Of a stretch of 32,000 nt of DNA, positions 11,143 through 21,645 are shown in pieces. This stretch comes from Mycobacterium tuberculosis H37Rv (lineage in GTDB: Bacteria > Actinomycetota > Actinomycetes > Mycobacteriales > Mycobacteriaceae): assembly GCF_000195955.2 (NCBI RefSeq), contig NC_000962.3:3510001-3542000 (forward strand). The letters are read 5' to 3'. Positions within the stretch are counted from its first letter, which is position 1; each line of letters starts with the position of its first letter. The notes below the pieces were generated by a model. It was not told the DNA's origin, made no database searches, and worked only from the letters and a program-made list of their open reading frames with translations. A program made the position numbers and the translations under genes.

Positions 11143-11927
11143 CCGCGGTGCTGGCTTCAGATGTCATCGTCCGCACCTCCACCGGGGAAGCGGTGATGTT
11201 CTGGGTGCTCAGTGCGTTGGCGCTGCTGGGCGCGGTCGGGGTTGTGCTGGCCGTCAACGCCGTGTACTCAGCGATGTTTCTGGCGATGACCATGATCATC
11301 CTGGCGGTGTTCTACATGGCCCAGGACGCGCTGTTTTTGGGTGTCGTCCAGGTGGTTGTCTACACCGGCGCGGTGATGATGCTGTTCCTGTTCGTGCTGA
11401 TGCTGATCGGTGTGGACTCCGCGGAATCACTGAAGGAGACGCTGCGCGGGCAGCGGGTCGCCGCGGTGCTGACCGGTGTCGGGTTCGGCGTTCTCCTGAT
11501 CAGCACCATCGGCCAGGTGGCGACCCGAGGTTTTGCCGGACTAACCGTCGCCAACGCCAACGGCAACGTCGAAGGCTTGGCCGCGCTGATTTTTTCCCGT
11601 TACCTGTGGGCGTTCGAGTTGACCAGTGCGCTGTTGATTACCGCCGCCGTCGGGGCGATGGTGCTAGCGCACCGGGAGCGTTTCGAGCGCCGCAAGACCC
11701 AGCGCGAACTCTCCCAGGAACGCTTCCGTCCCGGCGGGCACCCCACCCCGCTGCCCAACCCGGGTGTCTACGCGCGCCACAACGCGGTCGACGTTGCCGC
11801 CCTGCTCCCCGACGGTTCCTATTCCGAATTGTCGGTCCCCCGGATGCTGCGCACCCGCGGGGCCGACGGCCTGCAAACACCCTCGCCCGGAGCCGTCTCC
11901 GGCTCTTTAGAAGGCGGTGCATCATGA
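11139..11927 (+). CDS. nuoJ: NADH-quinone oxidoreductase subunit J (262 aa)
   Basis: Hydrophobic protein with [48 protein letters not shown]; starts within the nuoI stop. Confidence 0.95.
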
Positions 11928-12223
11928 ATCCGGCCAACTACCTTTATCTTTCGGTGCTGCTATTCACCATCGGAGCCTCCGGTGTGCTGCTGCGACGCAA
12001 CGCGATCGTGATGTTCATGTGCGTCGAGCTCATGCTCAATGCCGTTAACCTGGCGTTCGTCACCTTCGCGCGCATGCATGGCCATCTCGACGCCCAGATG
12101 ATCGCGTTCTTCACCATGGTGGTGGCCGCCTGCGAAGTGGTCGTCGGCCTGGCCATCATCATGACGATTTTCCGTACCCGCAAATCGGCGTCGGTCGACG
12201 ACGCGAATCTACTCAAAGGCTGA
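11924..12223 (+). CDS. nuoK: NADH-quinone oxidoreductase subunit K (99 aa)
   Basis: [46 protein letters not shown], typical NuoK; ATG 11924 lies inside a longer ORF on the track. Confidence 0.96.
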   Translation: MNPANYLYLSVLLFTIGASGVLLRRNAIVMFMCVELMLNAVNLAFVTFARMHGHLDAQMIAFFTMVVAACEVVVGLAIIMTIFRTRKSASVDDANLLKG

Positions 12224-12233
12224 CGACGCCACC

Positions 12234-14135
12234 GTGACAACTTCCTTGGGGACTCACTACACCTGGCTGCTGGTGGCACTGCCACTGGCGGGTGCCGCAA
12301 TCTTGCTGTTCGGCGGCAGACGCACCGATGCGTGGGGCCACCTGCTGGGCTGTGCCGCAGCGCTGGCGGCATTCGGGGTGGGCGCGATGCTGCTGGCCGA
12401 CATGCTCGGTCGCGATGGGCTCGAGCGCGCGATCCATCAGCAGGTGTTCACCTGGATACCCGCCGGCGGACTCCAAGTCGACTTCGGGCTGCAGATCGAT
12501 CAGTTGTCCATGTGCTTCGTGCTGCTGATCTCCGGGGTCGGATCGCTGATTCACATCTATTCGGTCGGCTACATGGCCGAGGACCCGGACCGGCGCAGGT
12601 TTTTCGGCTATCTCAACCTGTTTCTGGCCTCGATGCTGCTGCTGGTGGTCGCCGACAACTATGTGTTGCTGTACGTCGGCTGGGAGGGTGTGGGCCTGGC
12701 GTCGTATCTGTTGATCGGTTTCTGGTACCACAAGCCGTCGGCGGCCACCGCGGCCAAAAAGGCATTCGTGATGAACCGGGTTGGGGACGCCGGCCTAGCG
12801 GTGGGTATGTTCTTGACGTTTAGCACTTTCGGCACCCTGTCGTATGCCGGCGTGTTCGCCGGCGTACCCGCCGCAAGTCGCGCAGTGCTGACCGCGATCG
12901 GGTTGTTGATGCTGTTGGGGGCGTGCGCCAAGTCCGCGCAGGTTCCGCTGCAAGCCTGGCTTGGCGACGCGATGGAGGGCCCCACCCCGGTGTCCGCGCT
13001 GATCCACGCCGCCACCATGGTGACCGCCGGAGTGTATTTGATTGTGCGGTCGGGCCCGCTGTACAACCTGGCGCCCACCGCCCAACTGGCGGTCGTCATC
13101 GTCGGCGCGGTGACGCTGCTGTTTGGGGCGATCATCGGCTGCGCCAAGGACGACATCAAACGTGCGCTGGCAGCCTCGACCATTAGCCAGATCGGCTACA
13201 TGGTGCTGGCCGCGGGCCTGGGTCCGGCCGGCTACGCGTTTGCGATCATGCATCTGCTCACTCACGGTTTCTTCAAGGCCGGCCTATTCCTTGGGTCCGG
13301 CGCGGTGATTCACGCGATGCACGAAGAGCAGGACATGCGCCGTTACGGTGGTCTGCGCGCCGCCCTGCCGGTCACGTTCGCAACCTTCGGCCTGGCGTAT
13401 CTGGCGATTATCGGGGTACCGCCGTTCGCGGGCTTCTTCTCCAAGGATGCGATCATCGAGGCCGCATTGGGCGCCGGCGGCATCCGGGGCTCGCTGCTGG
13501 GCGGTGCCGCGCTGCTGGGTGCGGGCGTCACCGCGTTCTACATGACGCGAGTGATGCTGATGACCTTCTTCGGCGAAAAGCGTTGGACGCCAGGCGCCCA
13601 TCCGCACGAGGCACCGGCCGTGATGACCTGGCCGATGATCTTGCTCGCCGTCGGCTCGGTGTTCTCCGGTGGCCTGCTCGCGGTGGGTGGCACGTTGCGG
13701 CATTGGCTGCAGCCAGTTGTCGGATCTCATGAAGAGGCCACCCATGCGCTGCCGACCTGGGTCGCCACCACCCTGGCGCTCGGTGTGGTCGCCGTCGGTA
13801 TCGCGGTGGCCTACCGGATGTACGGCACCGCGCCGATCCCGAGGGTTGCCCCGGTTCGGGTGTCGGCGCTGACCGCGGCCGCACGTGCGGACCTGTACGG
13901 CGATGCCTTCAACGAGGAGGTGTTCATGCGCCCTGGTGCGCAATTGACCAACGCGGTGGTCGCGGTGGACGACGCGGGTGTGGACGGCTCGGTTAACGCG
14001 CTGGCGACGCTCGTGAGCCAGACTTCGAATCGCCTGCGGCAAATGCAAACCGGCTTCGCCCGTAACTACGCGTTATCGATGCTGGTAGGAGCGGTGTTAG
14101 TGGCGGCGGCGCTGCTGGTGGTGCAGCTGTGGTGA
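12234..14135 (+). CDS. nuoL: NADH-quinone oxidoreductase subunit L (633 aa)
   Basis: Antiporter-like subunit: [46 protein letters not shown]. Confidence 0.96.
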   Translation: MTTSLGTHYTWLLVALPLAGAAILLFGGRRTDAWGHLLGCAAALAAFGVGAMLLADMLGRDGLERAIHQQVFTWIPAGGLQVDFGLQIDQLSMCFVLLISGVGSLIHIYSVGYMAEDPDRRRFFGYLNLFLASMLLLVVADNYVLLYVGWEGVGLASYLLIGFWYHKPSAATAAKKAFVMNRVGDAGLAVGMFLTFSTFGTLSYAGVFAGVPAASRAVLTAIGLLMLLGACAKSAQVPLQAWLGDAMEGPTPVSALIHAATMVTAGVYLIVRSGPLYNLAPTAQLAVVIVGAVTLLFGAIIGCAKDDIKRALAASTISQIGYMVLAAGLGPAGYAFAIMHLLTHGFFKAGLFLGSGAVIHAMHEEQDMRRYGGLRAALPVTFATFGLAYLAIIGVPPFAGFFSKDAIIEAALGAGGIRGSLLGGAALLGAGVTAFYMTRVMLMTFFGEKRWTPGAHPHEAPAVMTWPMILLAVGSVFSGGLLAVGGTLRHWLQPVVGSHEEATHALPTWVATTLALGVVAVGIAVAYRMYGTAPIPRVAPVRVSALTAAARADLYGDAFNEEVFMRPGAQLTNAVVAVDDAGVDGSVNALATLVSQTSNRLRQMQTGFARNYALSMLVGAVLVAAALLVVQLW

Positions 14136-15793
14136 ATAACGTGCCGTGGCTGAGCGTGCTCTGGCTGGTGCCGCTGGCAGGTGCGGTGCTGATCATCCTG
14201 CTACCACCCGGTCGGCGCCGACTCGCCAAGTGGGCCGGTATGGTTGTCAGCGTCCTGACGTTGGCGGTGTCGATCGTCGTCGCGGCCGAATTCAAGCCCA
14301 GCGCCGAGCCGTATCAGTTCGTCGAAAAGCATTCCTGGATACCGGCGTTCGGCGCCGGCTATACCCTTGGTGTGGACGGCATCGCAGTGGTGCTGGTGTT
14401 GTTGACCACAGTGCTGATTCCGTTGCTGCTGGTGGCCGGCTGGAACGACGCAACCGATGCTGACGACCTGTCCCCCGCAAGCGGGAGGTACCCCCAGCGC
14501 CCGGCTCCGCCGCGCTTGCGATCGTCAGGTGGCGAACGCACCCGAGGCGTGCACGCCTACGTGGCATTGACGCTGGCCATCGAGTCGATGGTGCTGATGT
14601 CGGTGATCGCGCTGGACGTGCTGCTGTTCTACGTGTTCTTCGAGGCCATGCTGATCCCGATGTACTTCCTCATCGGCGGCTTCGGCCAGGGGGCCGGACG
14701 CTCGCGTGCCGCGGTGAAGTTCTTGCTGTACAACCTGTTTGGCGGGTTGATCATGCTGGCGGCGGTGATCGGGCTGTATGTGGTGACCGCACAGTACGAT
14801 TCGGGCACCTTCGACTTCCGTGAGATCGTGGCCGGCGTGGCGGCGGGCCGCTACGGAGCGGACCCGGCGGTGTTCAAGGCGCTGTTCTTGGGCTTCATGT
14901 TCGCGTTCGCGATCAAGGCTCCGCTGTGGCCGTTCCATCGCTGGCTGCCGGACGCCGCCGTCGAGTCCACCCCAGCGACCGCGGTGCTGATGATGGCGGT
15001 GATGGACAAGGTCGGCACCTTCGGCATGCTGCGCTACTGCCTGCAGCTGTTTCCTGACCCGTCAACGTATTTCCGTCCGCTGATCGTGACGCTGGCCATC
15101 ATCGGGGTGATCTACGGCGCGATCGTGGCGATCGGCCAAACCGACATGATGCGGCTGATCGCCTACACCTCGATCTCGCACTTCGGGTTCATCATCGCAG
15201 GCATCTTCGTCATGACCACCCAGGGCCAGAGCGGGTCGACGCTGTACATGCTCAACCACGGCCTGTCCACGGCGGCGGTGTTCCTGATCGCCGGTTTCTT
15301 GATAGCGCGGCGCGGCAGCCGATCGATCGCCGACTACGGCGGTGTCCAGAAGGTGGCGCCCATCCTGGCCGGCACGTTCATGGTCTCGGCCATGGCCACC
15401 GTATCGCTGCCCGGCCTAGCCCCGTTTATCAGCGAATTCCTGGTTCTGCTGGGCACTTTCAGCCGCTACTGGCTGGCGGCGGCGTTCGGCGTTACCGCAC
15501 TGGTCCTCTCGGCCGTTTACATGCTGTGGCTCTACCAGCGGGTGATGACCGGTCCGGTAGCCGAAGGCAACGAACGCATAGGGGATCTGGTGGGCCGCGA
15601 GATGATCGTGGTGGCACCGTTGATCGCGCTGTTACTCGTGCTTGGGGTCTACCCCAAACCTGTGCTCGACATCATCAATCCGGCGGTCGAGAACACCATG
15701 ACCACCATCGGCCAGCATGATCCCGCGCCCAGCGTGGCACACCCGGTTCCGGCCGTGGGCGCCTCCCGGACAGCCGAAGGACCGCACCCATGA
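14132..15793 (+). CDS. nuoM: NADH-quinone oxidoreductase subunit M (553 aa; a GTG at 14129 is an alternative start)
   Basis: Antiporter-like subunit with [42 protein letters not shown]. Confidence 0.95.
   Translation: MNNVPWLSVLWLVPLAGAVLIILLPPGRRRLAKWAGMVVSVLTLAVSIVVAAEFKPSAEPYQFVEKHSWIPAFGAGYTLGVDGIAVVLVLLTTVLIPLLLVAGWNDATDADDLSPASGRYPQRPAPPRLRSSGGERTRGVHAYVALTLAIESMVLMSVIALDVLLFYVFFEAMLIPMYFLIGGFGQGAGRSRAAVKFLLYNLFGGLIMLAAVIGLYVVTAQYDSGTFDFREIVAGVAAGRYGADPAVFKALFLGFMFAFAIKAPLWPFHRWLPDAAVESTPATAVLMMAVMDKVGTFGMLRYCLQLFPDPSTYFRPLIVTLAIIGVIYGAIVAIGQTDMMRLIAYTSISHFGFIIAGIFVMTTQGQSGSTLYMLNHGLSTAAVFLIAGFLIARRGSRSIADYGGVQKVAPILAGTFMVSAMATVSLPGLAPFISEFLVLLGTFSRYWLAAAFGVTALVLSAVYMLWLYQRVMTGPVAEGNERIGDLVGREMIVVAPLIALLLVLGVYPKPVLDIINPAVENTMTTIGQHDPAPSVAHPVPAVGASRTAEGPHP
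14471..14497 (+). repeat. Short GC-rich dispersed repeat, copy 3 (inside nuoM)
   Basis: tcccccgcaagcgggaggtacccccag; one mismatch to copy 1. Confidence 0.75.
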
Positions 15794-17385
15794 TCCTGCC
15801 CGCCCCGCACGTCGAGTACTTCCTGCTCGCTCCGATGCTCATCGTCTTTTCGGTTGCGGTCGCCGGTGTGCTGGCCGAGGCTTTCCTGCCGCGCCGGTGG
15901 CGCTATGGCGCCCAAGTGACGCTCGCCCTTGGCGGGTCGGCAGTGGCACTCATCGCGGTCATCGTGGTGGCCAGGTCGATTCACGGGTCGGGTCACGCCG
16001 CGGTGCTGGGGGCCATAGCCGTGGATCGAGCGACCCTGTTTCTGCAAGGCACCGTACTACTGGTCACGATCATGGCAGTCGTCTTCATGGCCGAACGCAG
16101 CGCCCGGGTGAGTCCGCAACGCCAGAACACCCTCGCTGTGGCGCGGCTCCCTGGACTCGATTCGTTTACCCCGCAGGCTTCCGCCGTGCCCGGCAGCGAT
16201 GCTGAGCGCCAAGCGGAACGGGCGGGAGCCACCCAGACGGAACTTTTCCCGCTGGCGATGCTGTCCGTCGGCGGCATGATGGTGTTTCCCGCGTCCAACG
16301 ACCTGTTGACGATGTTCGTTGCGCTGGAGGTGCTATCGCTGCCGCTGTACCTGATGTGTGGGCTGGCCCGGAATCGCCGCCTGCTGTCGCAGGAAGCCGC
16401 GATGAAGTACTTCCTGCTGGGCGCCTTCTCGTCGGCGTTCTTCCTCTACGGCGTCGCGTTGCTATACGGCGCGACCGGCACGCTGACCTTGCCGGGTATT
16501 CGGGATGCGTTGGCAGCGCGCACCGACGACTCAATGGCGTTGGCCGGCGTCGCGCTGCTCGCGGTCGGCCTACTATTCAAGGTCGGCGCGGTGCCATTCC
16601 ACTCCTGGATTCCCGATGTGTACCAGGGCGCACCCACCCCGATCACCGGGTTCATGGCGGCCGCCACCAAGGTCGCGGCGTTCGGTGCGCTGCTCCGGGT
16701 GGTCTATGTCGCGCTGCCGCCGCTGCACGATCAGTGGCGCCCGGTGCTGTGGGCGATTGCCATCCTCACCATGACGGTGGGCACCGTCACCGCGGTAAAC
16801 CAGACCAACGTCAAGCGTATGCTGGCCTATTCATCGGTCGCGCACGTCGGTTTCATACTTACCGGCGTGATCGCCGATAATCCGGCGGGTCTTTCCGCGA
16901 CGTTGTTCTATCTGGTCGCCTACAGCTTCAGCACGATGGGTGCGTTTGCCATCGTGGGTCTGGTCCGAGGCGCCGACGGCTCAGCAGGTTCAGAGGATGC
17001 CGACCTGTCCCACTGGGCCGGGCTGGGACAGCGTTCACCTATCGTGGGCGTGATGCTGTCGATGTTTCTGCTGGCCTTCGCCGGCATCCCGTTGACCAGT
17101 GGATTCGTCAGCAAGTTCGCGGTGTTTAGGGCCGCCGCTTCCGCCGGCGCGGTGCCGCTGGTAATCGTCGGCGTGATCTCCAGCGGCGTCGCCGCCTACT
17201 TCTACGTGCGGGTGATCGTGAGCATGTTCTTCACCGAAGAATCCGGTGACACACCACACGTGGCGGCACCCGGCGTGCTGAGCAAGGCCGCCATTGCGGT
17301 ATGCACGGTAGTCACCGTGGTGCTGGGGATCGCCCCGCAGCCGGTGCTCGACCTGGCCGACCAGGCCGCCCAGTTGCTGCGCTGA
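15790..17385 (+). CDS. nuoN: NADH-quinone oxidoreductase subunit N (531 aa)
   Basis: FKVGAVPFHSWIPDVYQGAPTPITGFMAAATKVAAFGALLR signature; ATG 15790 overlaps the nuoM stop. Confidence 0.96.
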   Translation: MILPAPHVEYFLLAPMLIVFSVAVAGVLAEAFLPRRWRYGAQVTLALGGSAVALIAVIVVARSIHGSGHAAVLGAIAVDRATLFLQGTVLLVTIMAVVFMAERSARVSPQRQNTLAVARLPGLDSFTPQASAVPGSDAERQAERAGATQTELFPLAMLSVGGMMVFPASNDLLTMFVALEVLSLPLYLMCGLARNRRLLSQEAAMKYFLLGAFSSAFFLYGVALLYGATGTLTLPGIRDALAARTDDSMALAGVALLAVGLLFKVGAVPFHSWIPDVYQGAPTPITGFMAAATKVAAFGALLRVVYVALPPLHDQWRPVLWAIAILTMTVGTVTAVNQTNVKRMLAYSSVAHVGFILTGVIADNPAGLSATLFYLVAYSFSTMGAFAIVGLVRGADGSAGSEDADLSHWAGLGQRSPIVGVMLSMFLLAFAGIPLTSGFVSKFAVFRAAASAGAVPLVIVGVISSGVAAYFYVRVIVSMFFTEESGDTPHVAAPGVLSKAAIAVCTVVTVVLGIAPQPVLDLADQAAQLLR

Positions 17386-17390
17386 ATCCG

Positions 17391-18595
17391 TTAGGGCTGA
17401 CCGAAGAAGCCCGACTGGTCACTGCCCTGATTGAAGCCCCCCGAGCTGTGGTCACCCGTGTTCGCCACACCCGTGTTGAGGGTGCCCGAGTTCGCAATGC
17501 CTGTGGTCTGCAGGCCAGAGTTTGCGATGCCCACGGTGCCGGCACCCGAGTTATAGAAGCCGACGTTGAAGCCGCCGGAGTTGGTGTTATTGATGCCCGA
17601 CTGAACGTCACCGTTGTTCCCATAGCCAGCCGAAACATTGCCCGTGTTAAAGAAGCCTGAGGAATTCATGCCGGTGTTGCCGAAGCCCGAGCTCGAAACG
17701 GATTGGTCGACCGAGCTTCCAAACCCGGTGTTCCGGTCGCCCGAGTCGAAACCGCCCGTATTGATGCTGCCCGAGTTCGCGAATCCCGTATTGATACTGC
17801 CCGCGTTTGCGAAGCCCACGTTTAGGGTGCCCGCGTTGCCAAAGCCCACACTTTGGTTGCCCGCATTGCCAACGCCCACGTTAAAGGAACCGCCGTTCCC
17901 GACGCCCATGTCTTCGTTGCCCGCGTTCCCGATGCCCATATTGAAGAAGCCGGCGTTTCCGAAGCCCGTGTTGGTGTCGCCGGCGTTTCCGAAGCCCGTG
18001 TTGATGTCGCCCGCGTTTCCAAAGCCGAAGTTGTTGTTGCCCGAATTGAAGAAGCCCACGTTGTTGTTGCCAGAGTTGAAGAAACCGATGTTGTTGTTAC
18101 CCGAGTTCCCGAAACCTAGATTCCCGATGCCCGAGTTCAGCGCGCCAATGCCCACCAAGTTGTCGCCGGTGAGCCCAAAACCGATGTTGTTGTTGCCATT
18201 GTTCCCGAGGCCGAGGTTATTGTCGCCGTTGTTTCCGAAACCGATGTTGGAGGAGCCGATGTTTCCACTGCCCAAGTTGAAGGAACCGAGATTTCCGCCG
18301 CCGAAGTTGGTACTTCCGGTGTTTCCACTGCCCAGGTTCCCACTGCCAAAGTTTCCGTTGCCGAGGTTTCCAAAGCCTCGGTTTCCGCTGCCCAGATTGA
18401 CATTGCCAACGTTTCCGCTGCCGAGATTGGTGTTGCCGATATTTCCGCTGCCCAAATTCGTGGCACCGTCATTTCCGCTGCCCACATTGGCGTTGCCGGA
18501 GTTTCCGCTACCTACGTTGGCGTTGCCGGAATTTCCGCTGCCCAGATTGTAGTCACCGGTGTTCCCGCCGCCCAGGTTCCCGACGCCGATGTTGC
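17391..18595 (-). repeat. MPTR-type coding repeat region of PPE53
   Basis: Dozens of degenerate pentapeptide-encoding units (GxGNxG / FNxG), e.g. [23 protein letters not shown]. Confidence 0.9.
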
Positions 18596-19163
18596 CGAGG
18601 CCGATCGCGGCGGCCAGCGCCGATGGCGCAGCTGGCAACGCCTGCTGCAGACCAATTGACCACGACGACAGCTGCGCCGCGGCCGCCGATGCCCCGCCGT
18701 GATAGCCCACCATCGCGGCCACATCGGCGGCCCACATCTGTTCATACATCGCCTCAGCGGCCGCGATCGCCGGCGCATTCTGCCCAAACAGATTCGACAA
18801 CACCAACTGCACAAACGCATTACGGTTGGCCGCCACCAGCATCGGATGCACCGTCGCCGCCCGCGCCGCCTCAAACGCACTGGCCACCGCCTTGGCCTGA
18901 GCCGACGCGCCAGCGGCCCGCGCCGCCGCAGCAGCCAACCACCCCGCATACGGCGCCGCCGCCGCGGCCATCGCCGCCGCCGCCGCACCCTGCCAGGACT
19001 GACCCGCCAACCCCGAAGTCACCGACCCAAACGAGGACGCCGCCACCGCCAACTCCGCGGCCAAACGATCCCAAGCCACCGATGCCGCAAGCATCGGCGC
19101 AGACCCCGCACCGGTAAACATCCGCAACGAATTAATCTCCGGCGGCAACACCGAATAATTCAT
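17391..19163 (-). CDS. PPE53: PPE family protein PPE53, MPTR subgroup (Rv3159c-like), 590 aa
   Basis: [20 protein letters not shown] start at 19163; C-terminal half made of NxGxGNxG-type pentapeptide repeats. The track ORF extends 53 codons upstream without PPE similarity. Confidence 0.95.
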   Translation of the reverse strand: MNYSVLPPEINSLRMFTGAGSAPMLAASVAWDRLAAELAVAASSFGSVTSGLAGQSWQGAAAAAMAAAAAPYAGWLAAAAARAAGASAQAKAVASAFEAARAATVHPMLVAANRNAFVQLVLSNLFGQNAPAIAAAEAMYEQMWAADVAAMVGYHGGASAAAAQLSSWSIGLQQALPAAPSALAAAIGLGNIGVGNLGGGNTGDYNLGSGNSGNANVGSGNSGNANVGSGNDGATNLGSGNIGNTNLGSGNVGNVNLGSGNRGFGNLGNGNFGSGNLGSGNTGSTNFGGGNLGSFNLGSGNIGSSNIGFGNNGDNNLGLGNNGNNNIGFGLTGDNLVGIGALNSGIGNLGFGNSGNNNIGFFNSGNNNVGFFNSGNNNFGFGNAGDINTGFGNAGDTNTGFGNAGFFNMGIGNAGNEDMGVGNGGSFNVGVGNAGNQSVGFGNAGTLNVGFANAGSINTGFANSGSINTGGFDSGDRNTGFGSSVDQSVSSSGFGNTGMNSSGFFNTGNVSAGYGNNGDVQSGINNTNSGGFNVGFYNSGAGTVGIANSGLQTTGIANSGTLNTGVANTGDHSSGGFNQGSDQSGFFGQP

Positions 19164-19337
19164 CAGCCCAGCCCCTTCCCCTACAGGACGTCCCGGCCAA
19201 TGACTCAGGCAACGGTGCACGTCTCTGTACTCGTAGAACAAACTGTAGGAAAACGGCGCGACGAATAACGGCGATTTCGTGAAAATTCTGGTTCCCGTCA
19301 GAAGCACGCCACCCTCGGCCACCTCGTTTGCGCACGC

Positions 19338-19979
19338 CTAGAGCCCGCGGTCGGGGGGTGCGGTCTGGATCTCCAAAGCATCTGCTGCTGCCCGGATCTC
19401 GGCTAGCCGATCAGGGTCCGACAACAGCGCCGTCATCGCGAACTCGACGATCTCGTCCGGGCTGACCGCGAATTCCGGCAGCGCCAGAGCGTCAAACAAC
19501 GCCTGCACCAGCCTGGCAGCCGATAACGGATGCATTGCGCGCACATCACCTTCGCCTTGGCCGGTCTCGATCAGGCCAACCAGCGCGCGTTCCATCTCCG
19601 CGACTAGCTCCCGCTCCGCGACGAAGGATTCCTGATGCAGGTCCGGGGTGATGAGGATGGAAACCAGCACATAGGGCGAAGCATGCAGGTGGTCCAGGGA
19701 TTCCGTCAGCCAGCGGTGCAGCTTGACCACCGCCGGAACCGGCATCGCGGTGATGTGACCGAACAGCTCAAGCGGCCACTCCACGGCGAGCCGCACCAGG
19801 GCCGCAAGGATATCGCGTTTGGCCGAGAAGTGTTTGTAGATGGCCGGCTGCTCCACCCCGACGGCTGCGGCAATGTCTCGCGTCGAGGTGGAGCTGTAAC
19901 CCCGCAGCGCGATGAGCTCGGCAGCGGCCCCCAGGATGCGGAGTGCCGTTGGGCTCCAGCGGCCGGCCTGCCTCGGCAT
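19338..19979 (-). CDS. TetR family transcriptional regulator (Rv3160c-like), 213 aa
   Basis: TALRILGAAAELIALRGYSSTSTRDIAAAVGVEQPAIYKHFSAKRDIL is a TetR_N helix-turn-helix; start MPRQAGRWSP at 19979. Confidence 0.93.
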   Translation of the reverse strand: MPRQAGRWSPTALRILGAAAELIALRGYSSTSTRDIAAAVGVEQPAIYKHFSAKRDILAALVRLAVEWPLELFGHITAMPVPAVVKLHRWLTESLDHLHASPYVLVSILITPDLHQESFVAERELVAEMERALVGLIETGQGEGDVRAMHPLSAARLVQALFDALALPEFAVSPDEIVEFAMTALLSDPDRLAEIRAAADALEIQTAPPDRGL

Positions 19980-19989
19980 GCCGGCAAGG

Positions 19990-21138
19990 CTAGCTGGCAC
20001 CTGGGTGGTCGCCAACCAGCGCCATGGCGAGGTTCCGGTAGAACGCGAGCATGCCGGGCCATTCTTTCGAGCTAAGGTGACCCCGTTCGGCGAATCGCGA
20101 GCCCGCCCCAACCTGCACGGCCTCCAGTCCGAGCCGGTCCTCGTCATTGATCATCGCCATCACGAACTGCGACGTCTGAGCTGTTGCTGCCGCATCGGCG
20201 GCTAACTCGGGGGTGGTGAGCACGCCGCCGAGCACCTGCACCCGGTCGATGCTTTGCGGAATAAAGCCGAACCACACCACCCGCTCGCCCGCTATGGCCA
20301 GCGCGCTGTTCGGAAACGTCCACAACACGACCAGATTACTTTTCTGAACCTCGTTGAGCTGCAACGACTTCGCTTCTACTGGAACGGTGAAGGGAACCCT
20401 GAGGCGCAACGCCCACCGCGAATACTGCCGAACGTCCAGATCGCCCCCACCAGGAACGAACGGCTCCAGGGTTTGGCGATGCAGGCCGAGCACGTGGTAG
20501 TTCTCATGACCATTTTCCGCCGCCACCTTCCAATTAGCTCGCCACTCATGCGACCACGACTCGACCTGCACCATCTCACCGAGCCGATAGCCGGCGAATT
20601 CGTCGTCAGTCAGGTCCAGATGCGCCGCGATTGGTTCGGCATCGGCATCCAGGTTGATCCACACCAATCCATTCCAGGTGGCCACGGCGAACTGCGGAAG
20701 CCGGCACTCCCTACGGTTGAAGTCTAAGTTGGCGGCCATATGGGGCGCTCCGCGCAACCGGCCATCCAGCCCATAGCGCCACAGGTGGTATTGGCAGGTC
20801 AACGTGTCGATGCGCCCCGCACCGGGTTCCACCATCAGCATCAACCGGTGCCGGCAGATCGGCGAAAGAGCGTGCAGCTGCCCGTCGACGTCCCGCACCA
20901 CCATGACCGGCTCCCCTGCGACGGACACGGTGACGTAGTCACCGGTCTTGGCGACTTGGTCGACATGCGCGACAAGCATCCAGGACCGGTTGAAGATCCG
21001 TTCCCGCTCCAGCTGCCACAGCTCCGATGAGGTGTAGGCGGCCGGCGGCAGGCTTAGCGCCGGTGGATTGTCGTCGAGGTAATCCCCGATGTCGGTAAGG
21101 ATGTCTCCGAGCTCGGCTCGGTTATCAGTTGATAACAT
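19990..21138 (-). CDS. Rieske non-heme iron aromatic-ring-hydroxylating oxygenase, alpha-subunit-like (Rv3161c-like), 382 aa
   Basis: Rieske motif CRHRLMLMVEPGAGRIDTLTCQYHLWRYGLDG (CxH...CxxH) and catalytic-domain AENGHENYHVLGLHR. The 382-aa start is at 21138; an upstream in-frame start exists at 21183. Confidence 0.92.
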   Translation of the reverse strand: MLSTDNRAELGDILTDIGDYLDDNPPALSLPPAAYTSSELWQLERERIFNRSWMLVAHVDQVAKTGDYVTVSVAGEPVMVVRDVDGQLHALSPICRHRLMLMVEPGAGRIDTLTCQYHLWRYGLDGRLRGAPHMAANLDFNRRECRLPQFAVATWNGLVWINLDADAEPIAAHLDLTDDEFAGYRLGEMVQVESWSHEWRANWKVAAENGHENYHVLGLHRQTLEPFVPGGGDLDVRQYSRWALRLRVPFTVPVEAKSLQLNEVQKSNLVVLWTFPNSALAIAGERVVWFGFIPQSIDRVQVLGGVLTTPELAADAAATAQTSQFVMAMINDEDRLGLEAVQVGAGSRFAERGHLSSKEWPGMLAFYRNLAMALVGDHPGAS

Positions 21139-21164
21139 ACCCTCCATGTTATCGACTGATAACC
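21120..21164. promoter_or_regulatory. Candidate TetR-type operator (19-bp arms, 7-bp spacer) overlapping the Rv3161c-like start codon and promoter
   Basis: ggttatcagttgataacat-accctcc-atgttatcgactgataacc; arms are inverted repeats at 18/19 positions. On the minus strand TTGACA (21173-21168), 16-nt spacer, TAACAT (21151-21146). Confidence 0.75.
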
Positions 21165-21207
21165 GATTGTCAACAGCGCGCACCGGCCCGACCGGCCAGC
21201 CGGCGGT

Positions 21208-21645
21208 TCACCTCGAGAACGGACGGGTGGCCAGCACGTAGGTAGCCAACACGGCCAACGGTGCCGCCAACGGCAGCCATGGCACTTGCAGCGGGAACGA
21301 CGTCGCAGCCAACCCAGCGAACGTGAAACCAACGGCGGCAACGGTCGTCGGCCAGCTCCCGGCGACAACACCGGCCCCGTATCGGCACACCAGGTAGACG
21401 GCGGCGCAAAACCCCGACAATGCGGCAAGCACATGCGTCGGGCCGGACACCACGATCATCACCACCGACAACACCACGGCAAGCGTTGCCGCCAGGCGAA
21501 ACACCGCCGCCACCCCTACCGCAATCACCGCGGCAAGCCCCACGACAACAGCCAGCCCGTGCGATCCCACAGCGGCCGACCCCACCATCATCAGTCCGAA
21601 CACCGTGGAGAGCCCACGAGTACCCGGGTGCGCAAACGAGGTCAT
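21208..21645 (-). CDS. Small integral membrane protein (Rv3162c-like), 145 aa as read here
   Basis: Highly hydrophobic ORF; start overlaps the stop of the upstream DUF58 gene by 4 bp. Confidence 0.8.
   Translation of the reverse strand: MTSFAHPGTRGLSTVFGLMMVGSAAVGSHGLAVVVGLAAVIAVGVAAVFRLAATLAVVLSVVMIVVSGPTHVLAALSGFCAAVYLVCRYGAGVVAGSWPTTVAAVGFTFAGLAATSFPLQVPWLPLAAPLAVLATYVLATRPFSR

Noticed and set aside
17638-18552. 304-aa + strand ORF of regular PxxPxLPxP-type repeats antisense to PPE53
   Set aside because: It mirrors the MPTR repeats in codon register, an expected shadow ORF of a periodic GC-rich gene, with no independent domain or RBS evidence.
17391-18595. Regularly spaced repeats resembling a CRISPR-like array
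   Set aside because: The units are degenerate, in-frame pentapeptide (MPTR) coding repeats of about 15 bp with no unique spacers and no cas genes nearby.
19164-19322. 53-residue N-terminal extension of PPE53 in the ORF track
   Set aside because: PPE proteins start at the [11 protein letters not shown]-type motif; the extension has no PPE similarity and is upstream DNA that happens to be open.
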